64,000 nt of DNA from a virus. Shown here in pieces: positions 1 to 9,191 of this stretch. A model generated the notes under the pieces. The model saw nothing but the letters and a program-made list of their open reading frames with translations. It did not search any database and was not told where the DNA came from. Position 1 is the stretch's first letter. Each line of letters begins with the position of its first letter. The stretch spans positions 1 through 64,000 of IMG/VR virus record IMGVR_UViG_3300021432_000008. One strand, written 5' to 3'. Position numbers and translations under genes: made by a program.

Positions 1-629
1 CGCTTCAGTTCACCGACCTTCCACTTGCCCGTCGCTGCCGCGCTCGCGTCCAGCTTGTCCAGTTCGTCCTTGTTCTTCGGCATCGGTCGGGGCTTCTTTG
101 CGGGCTGCTGCTGTGCCGGCTTCGCGGGCGCCGGCGTCACGCCCGAGCCGGAGGGCGCGGGAGCCTTCTGCTGCGCCGCCGGTTGCTGCTGCGGCTGTCG
201 TGCCGGAGCCTGCTGGGCTGGCTTCGGCGGCACGCACGCTGCGCCGGCGTCGTCGTCCATGTCCGCGACCACCGCCACGCTGGCGAGCAACGAATACCTC
301 TTGGCGTAGGTGATCGCGCTGCCCCACGCCTTCGCGTCCGCCTGTCCGGCTGGCATCTCCAGAGGCTCCGTCTCGATCCACTCTCCGGAGGTGTGCAAGA
401 GCAGCGTCGTCACCGTGGGGCCGCGCTGCCCGGTGCCGACAGACTGCAAGACGCTGATGCCGTGCCGGTTGAGTGCCGGGCGGACGCAGGACATGACTTC
501 CGCCAGCGTCGTGTAGCGGAACTTGAATTTCCCGGTATCGACCGTGCCGTCCCTCTCAGGGGACAGGAGGTCCGGCTGGGCCGCGACCAGTGCGGCGCCG
601 ATTTGCATGAGGCTGGGTGAGTATTTCAT
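1..629 (-). CDS. erf: ERF-family ssDNA annealing protein (3' end runs off the window; absent from ORF track)
   Basis: Manual translation: MKYSPSLMQIGAALVAAQ...KFKFRYTTLAEVMSCVRPALNRHGISVLQ...LLHTSGEWIET...AWGSAITYAKRYSL...DMDDD; AAGGA RBS. Confidence 0.9.
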   Translation of the reverse strand, partial: MKYSPSLMQIGAALVAAQPDLLSPERDGTVDTGKFKFRYTTLAEVMSCVRPALNRHGISVLQSVGTGQRGPTVTTLLLHTSGEWIETEPLEMPAGQADAKAWGSAITYAKRYSLLASVAVVADMDDDAGAACVPPKPAQQAPARQPQQQPAAQQKAPAPSGSGVTPAPAKPAQQQPAKKPRPMPKNKDELDKLDASAAATGKWKVGELK

Positions 630-678
630 CGTCTGTTCCTTTGAGGGCGAAAGGGAAACATCGCTACTTACACGCATA

Positions 679-708
679 CAACCTACATGCGTACAAGTCG
701 CATTGCAA
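679..708 (-). promoter_or_regulatory. Putative sigma70 promoter for erf (TTGCAA-17-TAGGTT)
   Basis: Hexamers with 17-bp spacing in the AT-richer intergenic gap. Confidence 0.5.
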
Positions 709-740
709 GGGCGAACTGAGATTTTTCCGGAGGAGCTTGC

Positions 741-962
741 TTACCAGGATTTGGCGTCGGGGTACTTCTTGCCGAACGCTTGCTTGATGAGGTTGAGCGC
801 GAGACGGCTCGGGTAGTTCTGGCGGTTTTCCCAGGCTACCCATGCGGACGTGGTCATGCCACACTCCGCCGCTGCCTGCTCTTGCGTCAGGCCCAGCTTC
901 TTGCGGAGATTGAAAAGACGTGTCTTCCAGAGTTTCGGTTTCAACGGCTTCTTGCGCGCCAT
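741..962 (-). CDS. XRE/Cro-family HTH regulator, probably leaderless
   Basis: LRKKLGLTQEQAAAECGMTTSAWVAWENRQNYPS; TTGTAC-17-TAAGCT promoter (997-969) with ATG 7 nt downstream. Confidence 0.88.
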   Translation of the reverse strand: MARKKPLKPKLWKTRLFNLRKKLGLTQEQAAAECGMTTSAWVAWENRQNYPSRLALNLIKQAFGKKYPDAKSW

Positions 963-1001
963 GAGCATAGCTTACGCTCCGTATTACATTCGTACAACCC
1001 T

Positions 1002-1244
1002 TCATCGCCGCACCGCCTTCCGCCGCGTCTCGACGTCCGCCTCTGCCGCCACTTCCTCGTACCGGCACTCCCAAGCCCTGCCGAACGCCACCACGGCCGC
1101 CGCCACGTCGAACCGCTCCTGCCACACCGTCGCCTGCGATGGGTGGTCTGTCGTCCAGTAATCCGCGACGTGACCGCTGGTCCCCTGGCGGACCCACAGC
1201 CAGGGGTCGCCGGGATGCAGACGGACACACAAACGAAACGGCAT
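1002..1244 (-). CDS. Hypothetical phage protein
   Basis: GGAGG RBS; operon context. Confidence 0.55.
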   Translation of the reverse strand: MPFRLCVRLHPGDPWLWVRQGTSGHVADYWTTDHPSQATVWQERFDVAAAVVAFGRAWECRYEEVAAEADVETRRKAVRR

Positions 1245-1271
1245 CTGGGACCTCCATGTTCTCGCTCATCG

Positions 1272-1487
1272 TCATCTCCTCGCCATTGCCGCCGCGTGCT
1301 CGACGGCGTGGTCCAGGTCCGGGCATTCATCGAGCACCCACGACAGCAGGTTGATTTGCTGATCCATCGCCTGAAGCACGGCCTGGCATTGCAGGCAGAG
1401 CCCGTCGGGATGCGTACAGCCGGTGCCCTGCTGCACGAGCCGGCGCAGGTCGTCTCGGTAAGCGCGGATGACTTTCGCGTCTTTCAA
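1272..1487 (-). CDS. Hypothetical Cys-containing protein
   Basis: TTG start overlapping the upstream stop; CTHPDGLCLQC. Confidence 0.5.
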   Translation of the reverse strand: MKDAKVIRAYRDDLRRLVQQGTGCTHPDGLCLQCQAVLQAMDQQINLLSWVLDECPDLDHAVEHAAAMARR

Positions 1488-1675
1488 GTGGCACCGTCCT
1501 TCCGCACGGCCTGCTCGATGAAATCGCAGTAGTCGCACAAGATGCAGTTCGGGTACACGGGATGGAACGGCTGAGTCGGCCAGCGACACGTACTGCGGCA
1601 CCGCGGGCACGGTAGGCAGCCGTACATATTGGCGTTCGGGTCGCTTTCGTCGATGACGTTCGTCGGCTTGCTCAT
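1484..1675 (-). CDS. Small Zn-ribbon protein
   Basis: CPRC...CDYC; ATGA coupling to csrA. Confidence 0.6.
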   Translation of the reverse strand: MSKPTNVIDESDPNANMYGCLPCPRCRSTCRWPTQPFHPVYPNCILCDYCDFIEQAVRKDGAT

Positions 1676-1851
1676 TTCGGCTCCTTCTCGTCCAGCAGCT
1701 CGGCGCGAAAAACCTTGACGCTCTGCGGCGCCGTGATGCCGAGCCTGACGGTCTTGTTGTTGAGATCCACGACCTCAATCCAGACGATGCTGCCGTCGGG
1801 CAGGGGGCCGATACGGATGCGCTCGCCGAGTTTGCGGGACAGAACAAGCAT
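1672..1851 (-). CDS. csrA: CsrA/RsmA carbon storage regulator homolog (59 aa; not in ORF track)
   Basis: Manual translation MLVLSRKLGERIRIG...IEVVDLNNKTVRLGITAPQSVKVFRAEL matches the CsrA signature; AGGAG RBS. Confidence 0.92.
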   Translation of the reverse strand: MLVLSRKLGERIRIGPLPDGSIVWIEVVDLNNKTVRLGITAPQSVKVFRAELLDEKEPK

Positions 1852-1863
1852 TGCGGGACTCCT

Positions 1864-2358
1864 TTACTGTTGCCACTTACCCGAGGCGATCACGTCCACG
1901 ACGGCTTCGAGGGCGGCGCGGGCGGTCGGCCAGCGGGGCGTCTTCGTGGTCGCGACTGGACCACGTTCCGCCTGCCACACCAAATCAGCCAGGGCGTCCG
2001 GCAGCATGTACGACAGGTTTTCGTGAACCCAGCTGCTTGTTTCCGACCACGCCCATCCACTATCCATCCGTGCCGGCCACTTGTGATTCGCCGCCAGCCA
2101 CCCCCACCCTTTCGCCTCCGCCTCCCGCCCGTCGTCGATGCAGCTGTCGCACAACATCATGAGCACCTCGTCGCGGTCCTCGTCGAGCATCTGCATCAAT
2201 CGTTCGCGGTCGGGACGCTCCTTGCGCTGCTCCCTGACGAGCGCGTTGTAGTCGTCCACGAGGCACAGAAGGCGACCGAGCGCGCTGGCGTGCGTCAGAG
2301 GCGTTTCGGCCCTGTCAAGGATGGCCTGGACGTCAAACTCGCTGAGTGTGCCGGTCAT
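1864..2358 (-). CDS. Hypothetical phage protein
   Basis: ORF coupled to neighbours. Confidence 0.6.
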   Translation of the reverse strand: MTGTLSEFDVQAILDRAETPLTHASALGRLLCLVDDYNALVREQRKERPDRERLMQMLDEDRDEVLMMLCDSCIDDGREAEAKGWGWLAANHKWPARMDSGWAWSETSSWVHENLSYMLPDALADLVWQAERGPVATTKTPRWPTARAALEAVVDVIASGKWQQ

Positions 2359-2873
2359 CGCAACAACTCCCTTTCCGCGCGTTCGCGCTCGATACGCCGG
2401 GCGGCAGCCTCCAGGGCGGCGAAGACGGCGTCGGGTGGATCGTTACCCATCTCGTCAGTCCATCCCTGCCCACCCCAGAATTCCCACGTAGGGAGCCAGC
2501 CTATCTCCGTTGACGTTTCCACGGACAGGTAGCGACCGCTGACGATGATGTGCCACTGAGAGCGTTTCGAGTTTGGCCATGATGGACCGGAGATTTCAAC
2601 TCGGTCATCGTGCTTCGCAACTACCGCAACCGCGCCGCTCTTGTGCGTCATCTCCCTGTCGTATCTGGTATACCGCCGCACGAACTCGCTCGGGTTCGCT
2701 CTCCCATCGAGCATCAGCCCCGCCATCCGCTCCTCCACGCGAGCCTGCACGCGAAGCATCACCGCCGCGAGCAGGTTGCCCCGCTCCTCGTGCCAGTCGG
2801 CTGCGGCCTTCAGCGACACCACGTCGGTCGGGTCGGCGTCGATGGCCTTGCAGATGTGGTCGATGTCGGTCAT
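2355..2873 (-). CDS. TIGR02996-like N-terminal domain protein
   Basis: ICKAIDADPTDVVSLKAAADWHEERG resembles LxAIxxxPxDxxxRLxYADWLEExG. Confidence 0.7.
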   Translation of the reverse strand: MTDIDHICKAIDADPTDVVSLKAAADWHEERGNLLAAVMLRVQARVEERMAGLMLDGRANPSEFVRRYTRYDREMTHKSGAVAVVAKHDDRVEISGPSWPNSKRSQWHIIVSGRYLSVETSTEIGWLPTWEFWGGQGWTDEMGNDPPDAVFAALEAAARRIERERAERELLR

Positions 2874-3130
2874 GGCTCGTCCCCCACCATCCCCGCCTCT
2901 TCCGCCGCCGCCAAAAGCGCCGACAGCCGCACGGCCCGCAGGTCCTCGGTCACGATCGTCACCCGCCCGTGCCGGGATAGCTCGTCCTCGATCGCGCGCA
3001 GCTCGTCGAGGGCTTGCTCCGCGATCCACGCACGCACGGCGGCTGGGTCCTGGAGCGGCGCCAGAAGCTCGGGATGGCCGCGGGCGTGGGAACGGGCGTG
3101 TGGTACGTCATGCGGTCGGAGAAGGGACAT
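2870..3130 (-). CDS. Hypothetical protein
   Basis: GAGGAG RBS, coupling. Confidence 0.55.
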   Translation of the reverse strand: MSLLRPHDVPHARSHARGHPELLAPLQDPAAVRAWIAEQALDELRAIEDELSRHGRVTIVTEDLRAVRLSALLAAAEEAGMVGDEP

Positions 3131-3139
3131 GGTTACTCC

Positions 3140-3436
3140 TCAGAATGGTAGATCGGATTCGTCCGGATTTGGCACGAGGCACGCTGCCGGCACGACCGGC
3201 GCATCGCCGCACGCGGGCGGGCAAGACTCCAGCCACTTCAGTATCGGCATCCATTGCGCGACGAAGGCGCGGACGTGCGATAGGCTGAATCCGTTACCGC
3301 ACGCATTGCAGGTGAACAGATCATCGTCAGTCTGATTAGGATTCGGCAGCTCCGAAAGACACAGCTCGATGCTGGCTTCTGTCTCTCCGCAGAGAGGGCA
3401 GGGCAGTAGGTGCTTACGTTCGGTCGCGGTTGTCAT
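3140..3436 (-). CDS. Zn-ribbon (Lar-like) protein
   Basis: LLPCPLCG...CNACG; ends DLPF. Confidence 0.6.
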   Translation of the reverse strand: MTTATERKHLLPCPLCGETEASIELCLSELPNPNQTDDDLFTCNACGNGFSLSHVRAFVAQWMPILKWLESCPPACGDAPVVPAACLVPNPDESDLPF

Positions 3437-3593
3437 GGTCAGGATACCTCCTCGTTATCGTTTGGCGCGAGCCATTGCATCCCGACCGCCGCGAGGGCCC
3501 AGCCGACCGCCGGGGGCAGCCAGGCCAGCGACATGGTCGCGGTCAGCGTGGCGAACATCGTGCAGCCGAGACAGCAGATCCAGCAAGAGGTTT

Positions 3594-3896
3594 TCACGAG
3601 GACTTCCCTTCGGCTTTTGCAAGAGCAGCGCGGCCAGCCGCTTCCAGGTTCACTAATCCAATATGCCTCGGGTCGCGCATGGAAACGATTTCATGCGATG
3701 GAGGAAACAGGTAAAGCAGACCCTTCAACACTCTGAATAGGTCCGGCGCAGCTGCGATCAGGTTGGCGTTGGCAGCCGTCTTGTGCGTCCCGGCGTGCCG
3801 TACATCACAGATTACAAGGCCCTCCACCGTCTCCACGGTGTCCACCTTGCTAATCCACTCGTCGGGCGTCGGCTGATTCAGTTCTTTCTGATTCAC
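3594..3896 (-). CDS. Phage hypothetical protein
   Basis: ANANLIAAAPDL...AALAKAEG motif common in phage early proteins. Confidence 0.7.
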   Translation of the reverse strand: MNQKELNQPTPDEWISKVDTVETVEGLVICDVRHAGTHKTAANANLIAAAPDLFRVLKGLLYLFPPSHEIVSMRDPRHIGLVNLEAAGRAALAKAEGKSS

Positions 3897-4117
3897 GACA
3901 ATTCCTCCTTCTCCCATCCGTTCGCGGTCTTCCTGTAAATCGCCGGCTGATCGTCGGCGTACTGCTCCGCCACCTTGCGGCACAGCGCCAGCGACGGGAA
4001 CCTTCCGAGCGATACCCGCGCCGGCCGCTCGCCGTGCGTGAGCGTCACGACGACCGAATAGATGCCCCAGCCGGCGTTCGAGAAGCGGAGGGCGGCGGTG
4101 TCTTCAAGCGGGATCAT
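3893..4117 (-). CDS. Hypothetical protein
   Basis: GGAG RBS, coupled stops/starts. Confidence 0.5.
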   Translation of the reverse strand: MIPLEDTAALRFSNAGWGIYSVVVTLTHGERPARVSLGRFPSLALCRKVAEQYADDQPAIYRKTANGWEKEELS

Positions 4118-4449
4118 GGCGATTCTCCCTTGGCGCGGGCGATTGCCGCACGCAGCAGCGTCGGAATGCGATGCGTTGCCTGGACGGTCTTCGTAAGCTC
4201 CGGTCCATCGATGCCGGCCGCGATGGCGTTGAGCGACCACGGAAGGACCTCCTCGCACGCCTTCAGCAGGTCCTTCGCCACCGCCTCCATCCGCACGGCT
4301 CGCTCTTGCTGACGCAGCGTAAGGCCGGTCGCTGCCCAACCAGGCAACGGGCTGCGAGTACAGGGGCACGGATGGAGGTGATCCCCCACGGCAATCTCCA
4401 GCGTTCCAGCGCACGCCGGACAACGTGTGTACGTCATGAGGCCGGTCAC
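4114..4449 (-). CDS. Phage hypothetical protein with Zn ribbon
   Basis: CPACAG...CPC; LRAAIARAKGE. Confidence 0.6.
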   Translation of the reverse strand: MTGLMTYTRCPACAGTLEIAVGDHLHPCPCTRSPLPGWAATGLTLRQQERAVRMEAVAKDLLKACEEVLPWSLNAIAAGIDGPELTKTVQATHRIPTLLRAAIARAKGESP

Positions 4450-4640
4450 GACCGCACCTTCCTTCCGTTCCCCCGCACCGCCGCCTCGCTCGCCGTCGCG
4501 GTCGTCTCGATGGCGGGCGGCTGCTCGTCGTCCTGGCGTCCCGACGCAAGCCGTTTACTGCCGCCCTCGAACTGCTCCGCCATCGTGTTGACGGCGGTGG
4601 TCAGGCGGGAAAGAGCCTTGAAAAAGTCGAACAGAAACAT
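4446..4640 (-). CDS. Hypothetical protein
   Basis: AAGGAG RBS. Confidence 0.55.
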   Translation of the reverse strand: MFLFDFFKALSRLTTAVNTMAEQFEGGSKRLASGRQDDEQPPAIETTATASEAAVRGNGRKVRS

Positions 4641-4965
4641 GGGTCAGACTCCTTGTCGGGGCGATTCGTGGGGTAAAGGTCGCCGTCTCTCCGGCTGTCA
4701 AGTCGCCAGCGGTGCCGGGAACTTTCGTCGGCGTGACCGAGGATTGCCGAACGCTTCTATTCTCGCCTCGGTTGAAGCACTCGTGTTCGGTGCCGGCCTT
4801 CCACCGGCTGGGCTCGGGTGAGGTTCCTCAAAGGGAACCGACTTGGCCTCCGCTCTGATCACCACCTCCCAGGGCCGTCTGCGTCCAACGTCTGGGGTGG
4901 TGACCTCAACATGATGACGGCTCAGGGTCCGCAGATGCTTGGCCGCCATCGCTTGCAGGGGTGCG

Positions 4966-5868
4966 TCAGTTCGAGTTCGTCGTCTCCGGGTGAACCTTCG
5001 CTTTCCGCAGTCTTGGAATCGCGAACAACTCCTGTTCGGGAAACTCCAGGCGGATGATTCGCTGACCATCGAGGAACGACCGTAGAGCGAATTCGGTGTA
5101 TCCGTAGATGTTCTTCCGGTGGCTGTCGCGCAGACCGCCGCGGACGCCTGCACCCGTCAGGAGCCAGTTGCGAAGCAGCACGACGGAGTTTTGCGTCTTC
5201 GTGTTGTCTGGCAAGCCGTTGTAAAGGAACTCGGCAAACTTCCCGATAACGTCCTTGTCGGCGCTGTAGCTGGCCCGCGCCACGACGGCACGGATGGACG
5301 CTCCGATGACGTGCTTCATGGGCTTGGCCAGCACGTCAAAGACGTAGTCCAGACCGGATCGGTACGTGATGACGAGGTCGATACTCTCCTGAATGGACAG
5401 GTTCCTCTTCTGCGTGTAAGGCGTGAGGATCATGTGCCGAGCCACGGCATAGAGGGCACTGTTCGTGACGCCAACTCCGGCTATCCTCCCGGCATCGGCA
5501 GCGTTGCGGGCGGTCCCGCAGTCCATGACAACCAGTGCCTCCAGCGGGATGCCGTAGCAGATGACCATAGGCACCGTGCAGCCGCTACGGGTGACGGCAA
5601 TCAGCTTGTTCTGCCCATCGACAACGCGACCCTCTACGTCGATGGCGACGCCTTGATGGGTCAGATGCCAGCGGTCGGCCTTCATGTCGGCAACCATGCC
5701 GGCTATCTTCGCCTGCTTTGGTCCGCGCTGGTTGGGGTGCAGCTTGGCCAGCAGTTCGCTCGCCAGGTCGGGCGATACCATCGTCACCTCGAAACGAAGC
5801 GGGCTATCGATGTTGTGCAGCGATCCGGTTCGTTCGCTGGACGGGGCAAATCTCGAAACAGCAACCAT
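4966..5868 (-). CDS. ParB/Srx-like (DGQHR-type) domain protein
   Basis: NQR...DMKADRWHLTHQGVAIDVEGRVVDGQNKLIAV...MDCGTARNAAD. Confidence 0.75.
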   Translation of the reverse strand: MVAVSRFAPSSERTGSLHNIDSPLRFEVTMVSPDLASELLAKLHPNQRGPKQAKIAGMVADMKADRWHLTHQGVAIDVEGRVVDGQNKLIAVTRSGCTVPMVICYGIPLEALVVMDCGTARNAADAGRIAGVGVTNSALYAVARHMILTPYTQKRNLSIQESIDLVITYRSGLDYVFDVLAKPMKHVIGASIRAVVARASYSADKDVIGKFAEFLYNGLPDNTKTQNSVVLLRNWLLTGAGVRGGLRDSHRKNIYGYTEFALRSFLDGQRIIRLEFPEQELFAIPRLRKAKVHPETTNSN

Positions 5869-5900
5869 GTCGATCTCCTTCAGGGGCGATGCGTTGTGGT

Positions 5901-6428
5901 TTACTCGCCGGTCCGCGGACTGATCCCGATGCGACCCAGCAGCGTCCACACCGCCAGCAGATGCCGACATGGCCCGCGCTCCCGGCTGCGGAAGCAATAC
6001 GCTCCGCACGTACATTCGGCGTGTCGGACCTCGGGCCCGAACGACACGTCTAGGTGATATTCCTCCAGCATCTCACCGTCGCATCCCAGCTTCTGCACCG
6101 ACCACCCGGCGAACCGCCCCCGGTCGCGGACGACACGCAGGGCGTAGGTCGTGACGCGCATCTTGCCGCGGCTGTCGCGGTCCACGATCTCGAACAGGCA
6201 GCCGGCGCCGGCGCGGACGATCTCGGCGGCAAGCTGGTCGGGAACCAGCCATGCGTACTGAGCGGCGGGCGGCGCAGGCTTTGCCGGCGTCTCGGGCTTG
6301 GGTGCCTCCGGCTGCGGCTTCTGGTGACACGGGCATTCGCAGTCAGCGTGATCGCACAGGTGATGATCTCCGGCATCACAGACGAAACTTACGTGTCCGG
6401 CGGTCTGCTTGTGTGCGGTAGCGGTCAT
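5901..6428 (-). CDS. SWIM Zn-finger protein
   Basis: ECTCGAYCFRSRERGPCRHLLAV (CxC..CxH). Confidence 0.75.
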   Translation of the reverse strand: MTATAHKQTAGHVSFVCDAGDHHLCDHADCECPCHQKPQPEAPKPETPAKPAPPAAQYAWLVPDQLAAEIVRAGAGCLFEIVDRDSRGKMRVTTYALRVVRDRGRFAGWSVQKLGCDGEMLEEYHLDVSFGPEVRHAECTCGAYCFRSRERGPCRHLLAVWTLLGRIGISPRTGE

Positions 6429-6470
6429 GGTCAGGACTCCTTTCAGCGATCCAGGGCGTTCTGCAGCCGA

Positions 6471-6635
6471 CTACTCATTCGGATCGATGAACATTCGCCA
6501 TCCGCGGTCGGCGTACTTCTCGCGAAGCTCGACCAGGCGGATCTGTGCGGCGAGCCAGGTCAGCGCCTCGGAACGAAACACCACCTGATTGTCGGCGTTG
6601 GTTCCGATCACGCGGTAGAGGCTGGTAGCGGTCAT
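6471..6635 (-). CDS. Hypothetical protein
   Basis: GGAG RBS before MTATSLYRV. Confidence 0.5.
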   Translation of the reverse strand: MTATSLYRVIGTNADNQVVFRSEALTWLAAQIRLVELREKYADRGWRMFIDPNE

Positions 6636-6663
6636 GGTCTGGACTCCGGGGCGAAAGGGTTGA

Positions 6664-6864
6664 TCACGCCAACTCGACCGCGTACTGTCGCGGCTCATCC
6701 TGCCAGCCGGAGCGGTACACCGTCTGTCCGGCGGCGTGCCCGGCGGCGATAGCGGCTGCGATGGCGGCCGGGTCGCAGCCCTCGTAGGCCAACGTGGCGA
6801 ACCCGGTGGTGTTGTCCGCGTGGGTCACGCGGACGGGGCCGATGAAGTCGCGGGTCTGGGTCAT
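6664..6864 (-). CDS. First gene of the leftward early operon, hypothetical
   Basis: GGAG RBS; directly downstream of a strong promoter. Confidence 0.6.
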   Translation of the reverse strand: MTQTRDFIGPVRVTHADNTTGFATLAYEGCDPAAIAAAIAAGHAAGQTVYRSGWQDEPRQYAVELA

Positions 6865-6906
6865 GGGTGGCTCCGGGTTGGGGGCGTTGCGTTTGACTCT
6901 ATATGG

Positions 6907-6996
6907 ATTCTACCACCTAGTGACTGAGTGTCAAGGTGCAAAATCGGAATCTTGCCGTTTTTCTTCAGTTGACTTTCCGCACTCAGGCACTAGAAT
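6907..6996. promoter_or_regulatory. Divergent promoter pair with a shared 14-bp operator in inverted orientation (genetic switch 1)
   Basis: Minus: TTGACA(6934-6929)-16-TAGAAT(6912-6907). Plus: TTGACT(6969-6974)-16-TAGAAT(6991-6996). CACTCAG[T/G]CACTAG at 6917-6930(-) and 6980-6993(+). Confidence 0.85.
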
Positions 6997-7044
6997 TGAA
7001 GTTGACCGGAAACCGTTTCCCCTGATAACCTTCCCTTCTGTGGA

Positions 7045-7287
7045 GTGAGAATGACCGCAACCCTGGAAACCCCTCCGATGCCGAAGCCAAAGCGAGACGA
7101 TGAGTCGGTGAAGATCGACCGAACCGTTCTGCAACAGGCGAAGATCGTTGCCGCCTACCTTGGCATCACTGTTGCCGAGTACCTGAGCGACCGTCTGCGC
7201 CCTCTTGTTGCGGAAGATCACGGCGAGCAGATGCACAAGTTTGAAGGCGCCGCCCCGCCACCGCGACGCGGCCGGAAGGGAGAGTGA
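7045..7287 (+). CDS. Ribbon-helix-helix-like repressor
   Basis: ESVKIDRTVLQQAKIVAAYLGITVAEYLSDRLRPLV (beta-alpha-alpha pattern); divergent from the early operon. Confidence 0.75.
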   Translation: MRMTATLETPPMPKPKRDDESVKIDRTVLQQAKIVAAYLGITVAEYLSDRLRPLVAEDHGEQMHKFEGAAPPPRRGRKGE

Positions 7288-7290
7288 CCC

Positions 7291-7548
7291 ATGCCGCCGA
7301 CCGACAAAGGCACTGAAGCTGCCAGCTGCGGTTGCTGGGTCGCGCTCCTGATATTCCCCAATGGTGCATCTTTCATTCATGTGTTCGGCCTAAGCAAGAA
7401 ATCCGTCTATGATCAACTCGTTGACGTATACGAGTGGATGGACGAGCGAGAGGGTAGAGAAAGAACGCGATCCCAGATTCTTCGAGAGATCAGGAAGCAC
7501 CACCGAATCGTTCGAGGGACGGTTTACGCTTCGTCCCAGGAGGACTGA
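7291..7548 (+). CDS. Hypothetical protein
   Basis: Directly follows the RHH gene. Confidence 0.5.
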   Translation: MPPTDKGTEAASCGCWVALLIFPNGASFIHVFGLSKKSVYDQLVDVYEWMDEREGRERTRSQILREIRKHHRIVRGTVYASSQED

Positions 7549-7672
7549 CCCCCCATGCCGCCTCCCGACAAGATCGCTGAGGACATTCGCCGCGAGCTGT
7601 GCCGCCAGGTCTTGCAGGGGCACGGTTCCCTCTTGACGGAGTTTCTGGCCTATCAGGAGGCACAGATCGCCC

Positions 7673-7882
7673 TCACTCCCGCCCCGGTCCCGGCATCGTC
7701 TCCGCCTCCGCCGCCTGCCGAGCAAATTCGGCCTTCCACTCCTCCACCGTCTTCTCCGGGCAGTAGTGAGGCGGCAGCTTGCCGTCAAGGGCCATCGTCA
7801 GGTCGCCCCAATCCTTGATCGGGAACAGCTTCCCGCACTTGAGGCAGAGATTGAACCTGCCTCCGGCTACGACTTCGTTCAT
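7673..7882 (-). CDS. Small Cys/His protein
   Basis: CLKCG...HYC; GGAG RBS, coupling. Confidence 0.5.
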   Translation of the reverse strand: MNEVVAGGRFNLCLKCGKLFPIKDWGDLTMALDGKLPPHYCPEKTVEEWKAEFARQAAEAETMPGPGRE

Positions 7883-8415
7883 GTCTCCGCCTCCACCGCC
7901 TGTCTCGCATCGTTCGTAATCTCCACCCTCCCGCCGGTCTTCAGGAACCATTCGTGTGCCAGCAGCGCCCCCATTGACCCCACCGGTATGTCCAGCTCCT
8001 CCCTCAGTTCGCCCACCGTCGCCGGGCCGTTGCGGAGGATGAAGCGCACCACGTCCATGCGGCGCTGGTCCTTCGCCACCTTGGCCGGCTGGCGGCAGCC
8101 GTTGGCGCGTGCGGGCTCCGGCAGCGGCGTCTCCTCCTCCGGCGCCGGCATCGTCAGACCTGGCACCGGCAGCACGGCCGGCGTGGACAGCGGCACGGGC
8201 AGGCGTGCGGGGCTGTACGTCGACTTGCCGTTGGGTGGCGGGGCCGGTGGTCGTGCCGCCTGCACGGCCTTCAGCTTGTCGCACTCGTCGATCAGCCGTT
8301 GCCGCCAGCGGAAGAGGTTGGCGATTTCGCGGTCGAGGTCCTCGATGGTCATCGTGGCCACTGCCGCCGCGATGGCGTCGTCCGCCTGCTGTAGTGCGTC
8401 GATGATGCTGCTCAT
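7879..8415 (-). CDS. Coiled-coil plus C-terminal wHTH-like protein
   Basis: VVRFILRNGPATVGELREELDIPVGSMGALL. Confidence 0.6.
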   Translation of the reverse strand: MSSIIDALQQADDAIAAAVATMTIEDLDREIANLFRWRQRLIDECDKLKAVQAARPPAPPPNGKSTYSPARLPVPLSTPAVLPVPGLTMPAPEEETPLPEPARANGCRQPAKVAKDQRRMDVVRFILRNGPATVGELREELDIPVGSMGALLAHEWFLKTGGRVEITNDARQAVEAET

Positions 8416-9191
8416 TTCTCTGCCTTTCCGTCGCTGATGGCGAACAAGTCTCCTTGCCGCACGGCGGGCGCGGTCTTCTCGAACAGGGCGAAGTCGTCGA
8501 ACGCCTGATCGATACGGCGACAGGCGATGTCGAAGTAGCGTTTCTCCAGTTCCACGCCGACGAACGGGCGCCCGGTCTGAATGCAAGCAACGCCAGTTGT
8601 GCCGGAACCCATGAAGGGGTCCAAGACCGTTCCACCGGCAAGCGTCTTTTCAAGTAGAAGACCCACTAACTCGACAGGCTTTTCGGCTGGATGCTCGCGG
8701 TCATCTTGAAGAACGCCGCGAAGACGAATCACGTCCCCATCGCCGGTCGGAATCCGTGGAGTGTCTTCCTGCTCTCCCCATGCGATGATCTCGTGCTGGT
8801 GCCGCCAAGTGTAACCGTTGAAGGCAATCAATCGGTCCCAGATCAGAGGACGGACGTACTTGCAGTGCGGATACATGCCCGTGAAGGCAATCGGGTAGCT
8901 CTGCCCATCGCAGAACAGATACCATGTTCCAGTTGGCTTCAGCGCCCGCGATGCACCTGCGATGAACAGGCGAAAAAAGTTCTCAAGGATGGACGTGTCG
9001 CTAATCGACCGGCGTGGCCTTCCCTCTGATCGCGTTCCGCAGTAGTGAGCGGCAGGCTGGAAGTACGGCGGGTCCGTCACCACCGCATCGACGCACCCCG
9101 CCGGCAGCATGGGCAGCAGCGCAAGACTATCCGCGTTGAACAGCTTCACGTTGCCGCGTTCATAGTCAGGCTTGGGCAGTCCGTCGCTCAT
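8412..9191 (-). CDS. Orphan DNA (N6-adenine/N4-cytosine) methyltransferase, beta class
   Basis: VDAVVTDPPY, HPAEKPVEL, VLDPFMGSGTTG. Confidence 0.95.
   Translation of the reverse strand: MSDGLPKPDYERGNVKLFNADSLALLPMLPAGCVDAVVTDPPYFQPAAHYCGTRSEGRPRRSISDTSILENFFRLFIAGASRALKPTGTWYLFCDGQSYPIAFTGMYPHCKYVRPLIWDRLIAFNGYTWRHQHEIIAWGEQEDTPRIPTGDGDVIRLRGVLQDDREHPAEKPVELVGLLLEKTLAGGTVLDPFMGSGTTGVACIQTGRPFVGVELEKRYFDIACRRIDQAFDDFALFEKTAPAVRQGDLFAISDGKAEK

Noticed and set aside
1385-1400. 14/16 match to the leader-proximal spacer
   Set aside because: Expected by chance in 64 kb of GC-rich DNA; does not extend
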